DNA of 64,000 bases from Elusimicrobiales bacterium (GCA_024681855.1 JAILAB010000058.1:982-64981), one strand, 5' to 3'; numbered from the stretch's first letter, positions 28,618-39,741 are shown. Numbers and translations: made by a program. Notes: generated from the sequence alone by a model not told the origin.

Positions 28618-30411
28618 ATGAAAAAAATTAATGTAATGGTAACTGCGTTCCGGGACGGATTCCAGTCCGTTTTCGGTGCAAGGGTTCTGCCGAAAGATTA
28701 TCTTCCGGCGGTTGAAGCGGCAGCTGCTGCCGGAATTGATCATTTTGAAAGCGGCGGCGGCGCTATTTTCCAGTCCCTGTGCTTTTACTGCAACACAGAC
28801 CCGTTTCAGGCAATGGACGATTTCCGCAAGGCGGCAGGTCCTAATGCCAATCTGCAGACTCTGGCCCGCGGCGTGAACGTGGTAGGCCTTGAAAGCCAGC
28901 CTATTGATGTTATAAAACTGCACGCCAGAATGTTCAAAAAGCACGGAGTTACCACAATACGCAACTTTGATGCCCTGAATGATGAAAACAATCTGATTGA
29001 ATCAGGAAAGGCCATAAAGGAAGCCGGATTAAGGCATGAGGCCGTGGTTACGCTTATGTCCCTGCCTCCGAACTGCGAAGGCTCTGACAAGGTTCATACA
29101 CCGGCATTCTATCTCGGCGTAATAAAGAAACTTTTGGACGCAGGAGTAGAGTTTGACTCTCTCTGCTTTAAGGATGCTTCCGGCACTACCACGCCTGCCG
29201 TTATACGGGAGACAGTGAAACGTGCCAGAAAGCTGCTTGGCAACAAAATGCCGATACGCTTCCATACGCATGACACAGCCGGCACAAGCATTGCCTGCTA
29301 TCTTGCCGCAATAGAGGGCGGAGCAGATGCGATAGACCTCGCAATGGCCCCAGTCAGCGGCGGCACAAGCCAGCCGGACATCATTTCCATGTGGCACGCA
29401 TTAAGAGGAACGGAATACGATCTTGGATTTGACATTGACAAAATCGTCGAGGCGGAAGAGGTTTTCAAGGACTGCATGAAGGATTATTTCGTGCCGCCGG
29501 AATCAAAGGCCGTAGAGCCGCTTATACCGTATTCCCCTCTGCCAGGCGGAGCATTGACTGCGAATACACAGATGCTGCGCGACAATAAGATGATGGACAA
29601 ATATCCTGCCATGCTCAAGGCCATGAAGGAAGTTGTCCGTCGCGGCGGATTCGGAACTTCCGTTACCCCGGTGTCCCAGTTCTATTCGCAGCAGGCCCTG
29701 AACAATGCCATGTTCGGCGAGTGGAAGAAAATCGCCCCCGGATACGGCAAGATGGTGCTTGGCTATTTCGGACGCACCCCGATTGAGCCTGATCCGGAAA
29801 TCGTAAAGATTGCTTCCGAACAGCTCAATATGCAGCCTACGAAGAAAACCCCGCTTGAAATCAACAATGCGGACCCCAACAAGGGTATAGAGGCCAACAA
29901 GAAAGTCCTTGAAAAAGAAGGACTGCCGATTACCGATGAGAATATATTCCTGGTGGCAACCTGCAAGGAAAAAGGCATAGCATTCCTCAAAGGACACGGC
30001 CCAGTCAACCTGCGCAAGAAAGCGGCAGCACCTGCGGCAAAGCCCGGAGAAACAAAGTTCACTGTAACCCTCAACGGCAAAGACTATAAGGTTGAAATAA
30101 AGGACAATGCCGCCGTAGTGGACGGAACCGAATATTCAGCCTCCGTAAAGGCCGGATTCGCAGGCGGAGCTTCCGCTCCTGCAGCTGCTTCCGGAACAGC
30201 GAAACAGATCAAGGCTGAGCTTCCCGGACTGGTTCTCCGCATTGAGAAGAAGCCGGGAGAGAAAGTGGCCAAGGGCGATACTGTTATAGTGCTTGAATCC
30301 ATGAAAATGGAAATTCCCGTCAAGGCAGGATTTGACGGCACGGTTACAGCTATACCTGTAAGCCAGGGCGCGCAGATACAGAGCGGCGATGTTCTTGCCG
30401 AAATAGCATAA
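28618..30411 (+). CDS. oadA: Oxaloacetate decarboxylase alpha subunit (carboxyltransferase plus biotinyl domain)
   Basis: RDGFQS, FDALND, FKDASG, HTHDT, PGG, VTPVSQ; biotin site ESMKME. Confidence 0.92.
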   Translation: MKKINVMVTAFRDGFQSVFGARVLPKDYLPAVEAAAAAGIDHFESGGGAIFQSLCFYCNTDPFQAMDDFRKAAGPNANLQTLARGVNVVGLESQPIDVIKLHARMFKKHGVTTIRNFDALNDENNLIESGKAIKEAGLRHEAVVTLMSLPPNCEGSDKVHTPAFYLGVIKKLLDAGVEFDSLCFKDASGTTTPAVIRETVKRARKLLGNKMPIRFHTHDTAGTSIACYLAAIEGGADAIDLAMAPVSGGTSQPDIISMWHALRGTEYDLGFDIDKIVEAEEVFKDCMKDYFVPPESKAVEPLIPYSPLPGGALTANTQMLRDNKMMDKYPAMLKAMKEVVRRGGFGTSVTPVSQFYSQQALNNAMFGEWKKIAPGYGKMVLGYFGRTPIEPDPEIVKIASEQLNMQPTKKTPLEINNADPNKGIEANKKVLEKEGLPITDENIFLVATCKEKGIAFLKGHGPVNLRKKAAAPAAKPGETKFTVTLNGKDYKVEIKDNAAVVDGTEYSASVKAGFAGGASAPAAASGTAKQIKAELPGLVLRIEKKPGEKVAKGDTVIVLESMKMEIPVKAGFDGTVTAIPVSQGAQIQSGDVLAEIA

Positions 30412-30424
30412 GGAGTATCACACA

Positions 30425-31633
30425 ATGCAGGTATTAGACAGTTTGATATCCCTGTGGCATTCCACCGGCCTGTATAATTTTACATGGCCAAATGCCATAA
30501 TGCTTGTGATATGCTTTGTGGTACTTTACCTTGGCATACGCAAGGGCTTTGAGCCGCTTCTGCTTATCCCTATAGGCTTTGGCGGCGTGCTGGCCAATAT
30601 TCCGTTCCCGCCGGATGCAATGCCGATAATAGGCCATACCATTACAGCGGTTGACCCGAACACCGGACTTGTTGCCGTGCAGACTTATGGCGGTTTCCTT
30701 GGCCAGATATTTGACTTCGGCATAAATTCAGGCATATTCCCGCTGCTCATATTCATGGGCGTGGGAGCCATGACGGACTTTGGCCCGCTTATTGCAAATC
30801 CGAAAATGGCATTTCTTGGCGGAGCGGCGCAGCTAGGCATATTCATGACGCTTATAGGCGCTATTCTGCTTAGCAAATACTGCCCCGGAATCAGCTTTAC
30901 CATAAAGGATGCTGCCTCCATAGGCATTATAGGCGGAGCTGACGGCCCTACGTCCATATTCCTGGCAAGCCGTCTCGGCACGCCGTACATTGGCGCTATC
31001 GTGGTTGCGGCTTATTCTTATATGGCGCTTGTGCCTATAATACAGCCTCCTATTATGAGAATGCTTACCACCAAAGAGGAAAGAGCAGTAAAAATGGAAC
31101 AGCTGCGTCCTGTGAGCAAGAGGGAAAAGATACTGTTCCCGCTTATAGTGCTTTTCATTTGTATGCTGTTCTTGCCTGACGCAACTCCGCTTATGGGCGC
31201 ACTGTGCTTTGGCAACCTTATAAAGGAAAGCGGCGTGACTGACCGCCTGGCAAAGACGGCCTCAAATGAGCTGATAAATATTGTTACCATTCTTCTGGGA
31301 CTTTCAGTAGGTTCCAAGCTGTCTGCGGCGCAGTTCCTTACGCTTAATACAATAGGAATACTTGTCCTCGGACTGCTTGCCTTCTCTTTCGGCACTGCTG
31401 GCGGTGTTCTGCTTGCAAAACTGTTCTACAAATGCGGCATGAAGATTAATCCGCTTATCGGTGCGGCTGGCGTTTCCGCCGTTCCTATGGCGGCCCGCGT
31501 AGTGAACAAGGTAGGCCAGGAAGAGAATCCGCAGAACTTCCTGCTCATGCATGCCATGGGTCCGAATGTGTCAGGCGTTATCGGCAGCGCTGTAGCTGCC
31601 GGCATACTGCTTGCCATTTGCGGCAGAATGTAA
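30425..31633 (+). CDS. oadB: Na+-translocating decarboxylase beta subunit
   Basis: EPLLLIPIGFG, GAMTDFGP, IGIIGGADGPT, AYSYMALVP.IQP, SAVPMAARV, HAMGPNVSGVIGSA. Confidence 0.95.
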   Translation: MQVLDSLISLWHSTGLYNFTWPNAIMLVICFVVLYLGIRKGFEPLLLIPIGFGGVLANIPFPPDAMPIIGHTITAVDPNTGLVAVQTYGGFLGQIFDFGINSGIFPLLIFMGVGAMTDFGPLIANPKMAFLGGAAQLGIFMTLIGAILLSKYCPGISFTIKDAASIGIIGGADGPTSIFLASRLGTPYIGAIVVAAYSYMALVPIIQPPIMRMLTTKEERAVKMEQLRPVSKREKILFPLIVLFICMLFLPDATPLMGALCFGNLIKESGVTDRLAKTASNELINIVTILLGLSVGSKLSAAQFLTLNTIGILVLGLLAFSFGTAGGVLLAKLFYKCGMKINPLIGAAGVSAVPMAARVVNKVGQEENPQNFLLMHAMGPNVSGVIGSAVAAGILLAICGRM

Positions 31634-31652
31634 AGCTTAAGTGCCTTAATGG

Positions 31653-31685
31653 AAATGCCGGACAAATAACTGTCCGGCATTTTTT
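31653..31685 (+). terminator. Intrinsic terminator of oadGAB
   Basis: aaatgccggaca-aataac-tgtccggcattttt. Confidence 0.85.
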
Positions 31686-31836
31686 ATTTATTATTTTTGT
31701 TCCGATAATACTCTATGTGATTTGAGCCGCTTACCTTAAAATTAGCTTAGCCATGAATAAAGAGACTAATATCTTTTTTTAATTTCAATATGTCGGCTTA
31801 ATATGATTGCAGAACATTAACAAGGACATTCTTTCC

Positions 31837-32799
31837 ATGCCTGATTTTAATATCATTAAATTTGAAAAACTTGATTCCACAAATCTTTTTGCATTAAGGG
31901 AATTTGAATCATTGCCTGACGGAACTGTGATACTTGCCGGAATGCAGACTGCAGGAAGGGGACGCATGGGCAGGCATTGGCTTTCTGAAGGAAAGGGCAT
32001 ATATTTTACTGTGGTTTTGAAAAATGCTGCGCGGATTGAATATTATGCAGCATTTTCTCATCTTATGGCCATAAGCGTATGCGAAGCATTAGAGCATTGC
32101 GGTTTGTCCCCGCAGGTAAAATGGCCAAATGACGTGTTATGCTCCGGGCCATTTCATAATCAGCCGGGCAAAATATGCGGCATGCTGTCGCAGGCTGCTT
32201 CTGGCCCGCGCGGCATACTTGGCATTGCCTTAGGCTGCGGCATTAACTATTCTCAGACTGCCGCAGATTTTGGCGGTGTTATGTACCCTGCCGTATCAGT
32301 TCGCATGCTGGCTGATGAAAAACATAGTGAGTCTGCCCAGGGAGGGAAGTCCAATACGGGAAAAGAAAATCTTGTTGCGGAAGAGAATGTGCAGGCTTGC
32401 GATAATGGCATAAAAAGCATAGATTCTGCTATGATTCCGGGAAAACAGGGATTTCTTGAAATGGTTCTTGAATTTTTCTTCAAAAGAAAAAGAAATTTTG
32501 AGGAAAAAGGATTCGCCTCCATTTATGATGAATATCTTCAGCGCTGCCATTTTCTTGGAAAAGAAATAAAAATTTCCGCAAATGCGGGAATTAAGCCTGC
32601 CTGGAATTTGCCTGGAAAAAACTTGGATTCAGCCAGCATGTCTGGCAGCAAAACTATGCTTGGCAATGATATTTCTGCTGATGAAAACATGCCGGCAAAA
32701 TATAGCGCAATAGCGAAAGCTGTAAATATGGACGGTACACTGACAATAATTCGCAATGGACATGAGACCGTGCTTGCTGCGGCTGACATACTGCCATAG
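31837..32799 (+). CDS. birA: Biotin-protein ligase, no N-terminal HTH, two loop insertions
   Basis: LDSTN, QTAGRGRMGRHW.S, VKWPND, KICGML, G.GIN. Confidence 0.88.
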   Translation: MPDFNIIKFEKLDSTNLFALREFESLPDGTVILAGMQTAGRGRMGRHWLSEGKGIYFTVVLKNAARIEYYAAFSHLMAISVCEALEHCGLSPQVKWPNDVLCSGPFHNQPGKICGMLSQAASGPRGILGIALGCGINYSQTAADFGGVMYPAVSVRMLADEKHSESAQGGKSNTGKENLVAEENVQACDNGIKSIDSAMIPGKQGFLEMVLEFFFKRKRNFEEKGFASIYDEYLQRCHFLGKEIKISANAGIKPAWNLPGKNLDSASMSGSKTMLGNDISADENMPAKYSAIAKAVNMDGTLTIIRNGHETVLAAADILP

Positions 32800-33097
32800 T
32801 CTGTTTTTTGGGGTTCGCTTTTGGAGCGGGAAAAGCATTTGATGATTACCGCATAGCCAAATTTTAGCGTAATTATGGCAATCTAAACACAGGATTATAT
32901 GAAATATATATGCGTTTTTAATATTTCCCTAAAGACCATATAAAATTGATAGAATTGTTATATCGGCTTTATATATAAAAGCAGATTCCGCTTTAAACAT
33001 CATGCTGTTATGAAGCGCTAAGCATAATAAGCTTTATTCTTGCCAAGTGTTTACTTGATGTTTTTGCGGAAAAGAGATGTCTGAAAAGGAGATAAAA

Positions 33098-33262
33098 ATG
33101 GATAAGAAATATGTTTGCCAGCCATGCGGCTGGGTTTATGATCCTGAGCTGGGAGACCCTGATAACGGCATTCCTCCGGGCACGAAATTTGAGGACCTTC
33201 CTGAAGACTGGGTATGCCCTGTCTGCGGTGCGCCCAAAAGCGAATTTTCCCCAGAGAATTAA
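33098..33262 (+). CDS. Rubredoxin
   Basis: [36 protein letters not shown]. Confidence 0.95.
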   Translation: MDKKYVCQPCGWVYDPELGDPDNGIPPGTKFEDLPEDWVCPVCGAPKSEFSPEN

Positions 33263-33310
33263 TTGTATTATAAGGCATGGCCTGCCTTAGCCGCAAGCTT
33301 TGCCTTGCCT

Positions 33311-33339
33311 AAATCCCCTTTTTTTAAACGGGGATTTTT
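33311..33339 (+). terminator. Terminator after rubredoxin
   Basis: aaatcccc...ggggattttt. Confidence 0.6.
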
Positions 33340-33446
33340 ATTTAATGGCTTATTATATGACTAAACCAGGCTTAGATTTGCCGGTTTGCTAATAACTTAT
33401 AATAAGTTTTTAATAATGCCCGTTTTATTGGCTGCAGGAGTCCCTT

Positions 33447-36400
33447 ATGGCTGTTGAATTTGTCCATCTTCATAATCATACCGAATATTCCATGCTTGAC
33501 GGCATGCTTCGCATTCTTGACCTGAAAGGAAAGAAGCCTTCTGATTTCCTTAAAAGACTGGGCGAAAGAAAAGTGCCGGCCATGGCTATAACAGATCATG
33601 GCAATATGTATGGCGCTATGGAATTTTATTTCAACTGCCAGAAGGTCGGAGTGAAGCCAATAATCGGCTGCGAAGTGTATCAGGCACCGGGCGGCAGGGA
33701 CAGGCATGACAAAAGCACGAAAGCTGGCGAAAACCGCCATCTCACCGTTCTGGCTAAGGACAATAAGGGTTATCGGAATCTGATGCATCTTGTTTCAGAT
33801 GCTTTTACGGAAGGCACTCACTATAAGCCCAGAATAGATTTCGGCACTCTGGAAAAATATCATGAGGGCCTTATATGTCTTTCAGGCTGCCTTGCCGGAG
33901 AAATATCTCAGCTATGTCTTGCCGGAAACATAGACCAGGCTGTGCAATATGCCGGCAGATATTCCGAAATACTTGGAAAAGGCAATTTTTATATTGAGAT
34001 AATGGATCATAATATTCCCGATGAGAGCCGGGCCAGGGCAGGTTTGCTGGAAGTTTCTCGCCGCACAGGCTTGCCGCTTGTTGCCACAAATGACTGCCAT
34101 TATGAAAAAGAAGGGGATTGGGAGCTTCAGGACGTGAGCATATGCATAGGAACAAAGCGTAAGCTGAATGATCCTGACAGAATGAGGGCTTTCCGCGAAC
34201 TCTATTTCAAAAGCCCGGAGCAGATGGCGGCTCTTTTCAAAGATGTGCCAGAAGCTATAAAGAACACAATAGTAATTGCGGAACAGTGCAATGTAAGCAT
34301 AGAAACAGGAAAGCTTCATTTGCCCGAATTTCCGATACCGGAAAAATACCATACGCCGGAATGCGGCGATGAGGGGGACTATTACTATCTTCGCGATTTA
34401 TGTGAGGAGGGGCTTAAAAAGAAACTTCCTAATGCCGATAAAAAATATCATGACCGCCTGGAATTTGAGCTTAGCGTAATAAGAAAAATGGGTTTTTCAA
34501 GCTATTTTCTTATAGTGCGGGACTTCATAGCTCATGCCAGGTCAAAAGGCATAGCGGTAGGCCCCGGAAGAGGCTCTGGCGCAGGGGCCCTGGTCGCATA
34601 CACTCTGGACATAACCAGGGTTGACCCTCTGCCTTTTTCACTGCTGTTTGAAAGATTTCTGAATCCTGGACGCAAGAGCATGCCCGACCTTGACATAGAC
34701 TTTGATGAAGAAAGGAGAGAAGAGGTTATTGACTATGTGCGACAGAAATACGGCAAGGATCATGTGGCCCGTATAATAACTTATGGCACAATGGCAGCCA
34801 AGAATGCCATAAAAGACGTGGGCAGGGCGATGGACATTCCTCTTACGGAAATAAATGCCATTACAAAACTGATACCAGATAAGACCCATCTGTATGAAAC
34901 AATAGCCCCGATAGATCCCGGCAGAAAAGATAATACGGGCGTGCCTGAACTGATTGAGAAAACCAGAGATCCTAAAATAAAGAAGCTTTTTGAATATGCC
35001 ATGGGGCTTGAGGGGCTTCCAAGGCAGGAGGGCATACATGCCTGCGGCGTTATCGTTTCCCCGGAGGAAATACTTAATTATGCTCCGCTTTCAAACCGCA
35101 ATAATAAAAATGCCGTAACCACGCAGTATGACGGCCCGATGCTTGGCGATACGCTCGGCCTGCTGAAAGTGGACTTTTTGGGACTGCGCACGCTTAATGT
35201 GATAGAAATGGCTTGCGATTTCATAAGGAAAAACGGCAAGCCGGATTTTGACATTTATGACATTCCTCTTGACGATAAGAAGACTTATGACATGATGAGC
35301 GAGGGGAAAACAGTTGGAGTGTTCCAGCTTGAAAGTTCCGGCATGCGCGAGCTGGTGCGCCGCCTGCATCCTAATGTGTTTTCGGACATTTCAGCGCTTG
35401 TGGCGCTTTACCGGCCAGGACCGCTGCAGTCAGGATTTACGGATCAGTTCGTTGAATGCAAAAACGGAGCGGAAGTAAAATATGACCATCCTCTTATGGA
35501 GCCTGTTCTGAAAGACACCTATGGCACAATGGTGTATCAGGAGCAGGTCATGGAAATTTCCAAGCGCATGGCAAATTTCACGCCTAGCGAAGCTGATGAC
35601 CTGCGCAAGGCCATGGGCAAGAAAAAACTGGAAGTGATGGAGAAAATGAAAGGGAAGTTCATAGAGCAGTCCCATAAATTCCATGACGTGCCGGAAAAGC
35701 TTTCAGCAAGCATTTTTGACAAAATGGCTGCCTTTGCCGGATATGGCTTTAATAAATCCCATTCAGTGGCATACGCTTTAGTATCATATCAGACGGCATG
35801 GCTTAGGGCAAATTATCCCACCGAGTTTTTTGCCGGACTTATGAGCTCTGAAATAGGCAATAGCCCGATGGGCTCTGCGGAAAAGGAAAATAAGATTGTA
35901 ACTTACATAGGCGAATGCCAGGATTTGGGCATAGAAGTGAGAGGCCCTGATATAAACCATTCTTTCCATAAGTTCGCCATAGAAAGAGAACTTGATAAAG
36001 ACGGGCAGCCCAAGGCCAGCATAAGGATTTCCCTTGCCGCCATACGCAATGTGGGCGAGGGCATGGCGGAAGAGATAGTGAAAGAAAGGGAGAAGAACGG
36101 CCCGTTCAAGTCCTTTGAGGAATTTACTATGCGCGTAGATTCTAAACAGCTAAATAAGCGCTGTCTTGAAGCTCTTTCCAAGGCTGGAGCTTTTGACTGT
36201 CTTTATGAAGCCCCGACTGTGTCTGGCAGGAGAGGCAAGGCTGTTCAGGCGGTAATGGATTTTTGCGAGGGTTCAGGAAAGAAGAACTTTGACCCTAATC
36301 AGTCCATGCTTTTCGGCATGCCGGAAGAGGAAGAAAATACAATGGCTTATACGGAGACCATGATGCTTAAAGATGAATATGAGTTTTTAGGCATGTATCT

Positions 36401-37007
36401 TTCCGGCCATCCGCTTAACAGCTACCGCCGCCACATGTCAATGCTTACAGACATCAGCGTAGAATCGGTAAATGCCGGGGAACATAAGGAAAAGAGCATA
36501 GTAAGGCTTGCCGGAATGATAACGCAGCTTAAACTGTTAAAAACAAAGAAGACAGGCGAGACCATGGCCAAATTTACTCTGGAGGATTTAACAGGCAGCA
36601 TAAATGTATGCATATTCCCAAAAAAATACCAGATGTTCGGGCATGTCCTTGCAAATAACAGCCTTGTAGTGATTACAGGCCGCGTGCAGATTTCCGATTT
36701 CGGGGATACTGAGCATTATGAGCTTCAGGCTGAAGAAGCATACGGTCTTTTTGAAGCGCTTAATCATTGGGGAAGAAGCCTTGTTATAAACCTTTCTTCT
36801 AAAATACTTGAGGACAAAAATGATCTTTCAGGCATAAAAAAACTTATTGATAAGGAAAGCGGCCTCTGTCCTGTTTGTTTTTCCGCTTCTGCTGCTGGAA
36901 AAAGGTATTTCATAGAAACAGACGGAAGGGTTTCAATAAGCGATAGTCTGTTGAAAAATGTTTCTGGAATAGCCGGTAACAATTCTTGGAAAATTGATGC
37001 GGCATAA
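33447..37007 (+). CDS. dnaE: DNA polymerase III alpha subunit
   Basis: HLHNHTEYSMLDG, PGRGSGAG, FERFLNPGR.SMPDLDIDF, GYGFNKSH; OB fold at the C-terminus. Confidence 0.97.
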   Translation: MAVEFVHLHNHTEYSMLDGMLRILDLKGKKPSDFLKRLGERKVPAMAITDHGNMYGAMEFYFNCQKVGVKPIIGCEVYQAPGGRDRHDKSTKAGENRHLTVLAKDNKGYRNLMHLVSDAFTEGTHYKPRIDFGTLEKYHEGLICLSGCLAGEISQLCLAGNIDQAVQYAGRYSEILGKGNFYIEIMDHNIPDESRARAGLLEVSRRTGLPLVATNDCHYEKEGDWELQDVSICIGTKRKLNDPDRMRAFRELYFKSPEQMAALFKDVPEAIKNTIVIAEQCNVSIETGKLHLPEFPIPEKYHTPECGDEGDYYYLRDLCEEGLKKKLPNADKKYHDRLEFELSVIRKMGFSSYFLIVRDFIAHARSKGIAVGPGRGSGAGALVAYTLDITRVDPLPFSLLFERFLNPGRKSMPDLDIDFDEERREEVIDYVRQKYGKDHVARIITYGTMAAKNAIKDVGRAMDIPLTEINAITKLIPDKTHLYETIAPIDPGRKDNTGVPELIEKTRDPKIKKLFEYAMGLEGLPRQEGIHACGVIVSPEEILNYAPLSNRNNKNAVTTQYDGPMLGDTLGLLKVDFLGLRTLNVIEMACDFIRKNGKPDFDIYDIPLDDKKTYDMMSEGKTVGVFQLESSGMRELVRRLHPNVFSDISALVALYRPGPLQSGFTDQFVECKNGAEVKYDHPLMEPVLKDTYGTMVYQEQVMEISKRMANFTPSEADDLRKAMGKKKLEVMEKMKGKFIEQSHKFHDVPEKLSASIFDKMAAFAGYGFNKSHSVAYALVSYQTAWLRANYPTEFFAGLMSSEIGNSPMGSAEKENKIVTYIGECQDLGIEVRGPDINHSFHKFAIERELDKDGQPKASIRISLAAIRNVGEGMAEEIVKEREKNGPFKSFEEFTMRVDSKQLNKRCLEALSKAGAFDCLYEAPTVSGRRGKAVQAVMDFCEGSGKKNFDPNQSMLFGMPEEEENTMAYTETMMLKDEYEFLGMYLSGHPLNSYRRHMSMLTDISVESVNAGEHKEKSIVRLAGMITQLKLLKTKKTGETMAKFTLEDLTGSINVCIFPKKYQMFGHVLANNSLVVITGRVQISDFGDTEHYELQAEEAYGLFEALNHWGRSLVINLSSKILEDKNDLSGIKKLIDKESGLCPVCFSASAAGKRYFIETDGRVSISDSLLKNVSGIAGNNSWKIDAA

Positions 37008-37076
37008 AACGGCTAAAAATACTTATATTTAATATTTATCTAATCTTTGATAAAATATTATAATTGGAGCGTTAGT

Positions 37077-37808
37077 ATGAAAAAACTGTTTTTTTTCTTT
37101 TGTTTTTTTCTCATAGCATGCCCTGTTTATGCGGAAGATGATTCCGTAGTTGTATCTGATATAAATCAGATTGACATTCCTACGGCATCTGCTTTTGACA
37201 AATATGCCTTCCGTTTTGGCAGCCGCCTTTATTCCGGCGGCGGAGCACAGGTAAACCTTGGTTTTGGCATACATGACAGGCTGAGCCTTGGCACTTCATT
37301 TCTGATAGACGGACTCATAGGCAATGACACGCATATAAGAATGCGCGTGCCTGAAATAGATGTGAAATTCCGTTTTTGGGACGGGGGCCGTTATATTCCT
37401 GCTTTTGCCCTCGGTTATAATGGGCAGGGTTATTTCTATGACAGCGATCTGAAAGAATATCAGGAAGACGAGAAAGGGCTGTATCTTGTTGGAACATCGG
37501 AGCTTCTTCCTGCTTTCTTTGCTAACTTCGGCGTTAATATGTTTGATTTTGACACAAACAAGGTTTATGGATTCATTGGTTTTAACTACACTCTTGAAGA
37601 AGTTGTAACAATAATGGCTGAATACGACAATCTGTTCCATCATGTCACAAGCCAGGAAAGGTTTAACGCCGGCTTGCGTTTCCATATAACGCCTGAATTT
37701 TCTGTTGATGTCGCTGTGCGTGACATTAACTGCTCAGGCCATTATAAAAACGGGGCGGAAAGACATCCTGAGAGAATAGTGCAGCTTAGCTATGATGCTA
37801 AGTTCTAA
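37077..37808 (+). CDS. Outer-membrane beta-barrel protein (YjbH-like)
   Basis: Signal peptide (VYA), IDIPTA, amphipathic strands, C-terminal YDAKF. Confidence 0.65.
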   Translation: MKKLFFFFCFFLIACPVYAEDDSVVVSDINQIDIPTASAFDKYAFRFGSRLYSGGGAQVNLGFGIHDRLSLGTSFLIDGLIGNDTHIRMRVPEIDVKFRFWDGGRYIPAFALGYNGQGYFYDSDLKEYQEDEKGLYLVGTSELLPAFFANFGVNMFDFDTNKVYGFIGFNYTLEEVVTIMAEYDNLFHHVTSQERFNAGLRFHITPEFSVDVAVRDINCSGHYKNGAERHPERIVQLSYDAKF

Positions 37809-37831
37809 ATAAAAATTTTCGGAGAATAAAA

Positions 37832-38383
37832 ATGTCAGACAATGAAACAAAAAAGAAGGCGCCATTTCAGCGCAAGCAAATATTCGTGAAGAAAGGCATG
37901 CAGTTTCGTTACATAGCTACGATATTATTAAGCGCGCTGTTTGCTTTTGGCATGACAATACATGAGGTTATATGGGCGGCAGAACAGCTGGCAGTAAAAA
38001 ATCCGGCTGTTAAAGATATAATGGCTGAGCTTAAAGCGCTTATACCTATTTTTTCATTCAAGGCTTGCCTGTTTATTGGCATTATTCTTATTTTTGCCAT
38101 AGTTGTGTCTCATCAGCAGGCCGGGCCGATATATAAGTTTGAGAAAAGCCTTGGCAATATTAAAGACGGAGACCTTACTTACCGCGTTTATTTGCGCAAG
38201 GGCGATCAGCTTACGGAAATGCAGAGAGAATTTAATGAAATGGCTTCCTCCTTGCAGAAAGTGATAACTGCATATGAAAATTTCCGCTCTTATGCTGCAG
38301 GCTCAAGCGATGCTCGCGTTAAGGAACAGGCAATCGCAACTGGAGATAATATAAAGAGAATAATGCCTGGCATTAAAATTTAG
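37832..38383 (+). CDS. Two-TM HAMP-domain membrane protein without an output domain
   Basis: RKQIFVKKGMQFRY, two TM helices, SH..AGP.YKFE..L..IKDGDLT.R..LRKGDQL.E....FNEM. Confidence 0.75.
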   Translation: MSDNETKKKAPFQRKQIFVKKGMQFRYIATILLSALFAFGMTIHEVIWAAEQLAVKNPAVKDIMAELKALIPIFSFKACLFIGIILIFAIVVSHQQAGPIYKFEKSLGNIKDGDLTYRVYLRKGDQLTEMQREFNEMASSLQKVITAYENFRSYAAGSSDARVKEQAIATGDNIKRIMPGIKI

Positions 38384-38426
38384 CATGCGTGTTGGCCTAA
38401 TATCAGCAGATTCCTATTTAAGCTGC

Positions 38427-39722
38427 ATGAAAAAAATATTCTTTTTTTTATGTTTGGTTTTGGTTTTCCCAGAATTTTTATATTCTGAAGATACTCCTGC
38501 TGATTCAATCACTCTGAAGCAGGCTATAGAAATTGCTGTAAGGAACAGTCCTGAAGTATTATCAGCTGAGCAGGAGGTCAAACTTGCCAAGCAGCGCGTG
38601 CGTGATGCAAAATTTCAGTTTGGCCCGCAAATAATGCTTTCCGGCACTGCATCCCGCTTTAACATAGATGAGCCTATGACATCCGGCATGGAGCTTGGGG
38701 ACAGGTTTTTTCTTCCAGAATATGCTAATGAGCGTTATTTTACAATAAGAAGCCAGGTTCTTCTGCCTCTTTATGTCGGCGGAAGAAATGTTAATAATCT
38801 TAAGCTTGCCAAGGTGGCATATAATAGGGCAAAAGTAGCGCATAGCTCATTGCGCTCTGCAAAAGCATTTGCTGTAAAAAAGGCATATTTTAAGCTGCAG
38901 TATGTCAGGCAGCTGCTTGAATTAACTGAAAAGACTGTTTCGGAGATTAAATCTTCTTTTGAAGGCAAAAAAATTTCTTTGGAAGACAATTATGAAGCCG
39001 GCTTGCGCTCTTCACTTATGGAAGAAAAAAAGAGAGAGCTGGCAATGAAGGAGGAAAATGCCTTAACAGAATTTCTTGCCCTAATAAGCCGTGATCCGTT
39101 TTTTTCTTTTAAGCTGGCGGATGCGTTTGAAATAATACCGGTAAATGACTCTTTGCAGCAGTGCATTGTTGCTGCAACGGAATATAGGGCTGAGCTGCAA
39201 AATGAAATTTTTCAGGCTCAGATAGACCAGATAGCCGTGAATATGTCAATTCTGCGCAATTATCCCACAATAATGCTTGGTGCAGTTTATGATATAAATT
39301 CAAATCATTTTTCGGATTTAGCCGACAGAGAGACTTATAGCAGAAACTGGCTCACAATGATTTCAGTCAGACTGCCAATCAGCATTAATTCCTGGTCCAC
39401 GGTTTCCCAAAGCCGCATGCAGCAGCGCCAAGGTGAGCTGAAAAGGGTAGAAATACGGGATGCCATACGCATGGAAATAACAGGCGCGTATCGGGAAGCC
39501 TTGTTTTGGGAGAATGAGAACTCTATCTTGACTGCTGAACTGGAAAAGGCAGAAAAACTGCATTCTGAAATATCAGCAAAGTCTGACAACCCCGTATCTG
39601 CAGCCAGATATTCAGGCCTCCTGTATGATATGCGGAGCAATGTGCTTAAATCCATTTATTCCCAGCTTGAGGCGAGGGCCAGGCTGGAATGGGCCAGAGG
39701 CCTTGATTTTGCGGACAGATGA
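38427..39722 (+). CDS. TolC-family outer-membrane protein
   Basis: Signal peptide; TL..AI..A..NSP, P.I.L.G, LPLY.GG, VKKAYF, YPTI.L. Confidence 0.8.
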   Translation: MKKIFFFLCLVLVFPEFLYSEDTPADSITLKQAIEIAVRNSPEVLSAEQEVKLAKQRVRDAKFQFGPQIMLSGTASRFNIDEPMTSGMELGDRFFLPEYANERYFTIRSQVLLPLYVGGRNVNNLKLAKVAYNRAKVAHSSLRSAKAFAVKKAYFKLQYVRQLLELTEKTVSEIKSSFEGKKISLEDNYEAGLRSSLMEEKKRELAMKEENALTEFLALISRDPFFSFKLADAFEIIPVNDSLQQCIVAATEYRAELQNEIFQAQIDQIAVNMSILRNYPTIMLGAVYDINSNHFSDLADRETYSRNWLTMISVRLPISINSWSTVSQSRMQQRQGELKRVEIRDAIRMEITGAYREALFWENENSILTAELEKAEKLHSEISAKSDNPVSAARYSGLLYDMRSNVLKSIYSQLEARARLEWARGLDFADR

Positions 39723-39741
39723 GCTATTTAGGCTTTATGCA

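Noticed and set aside
33447-37007. Possible intein or split in dnaE
   Set aside because: 1186 aa is a normal length, motifs are contiguous and no intein signature is visible
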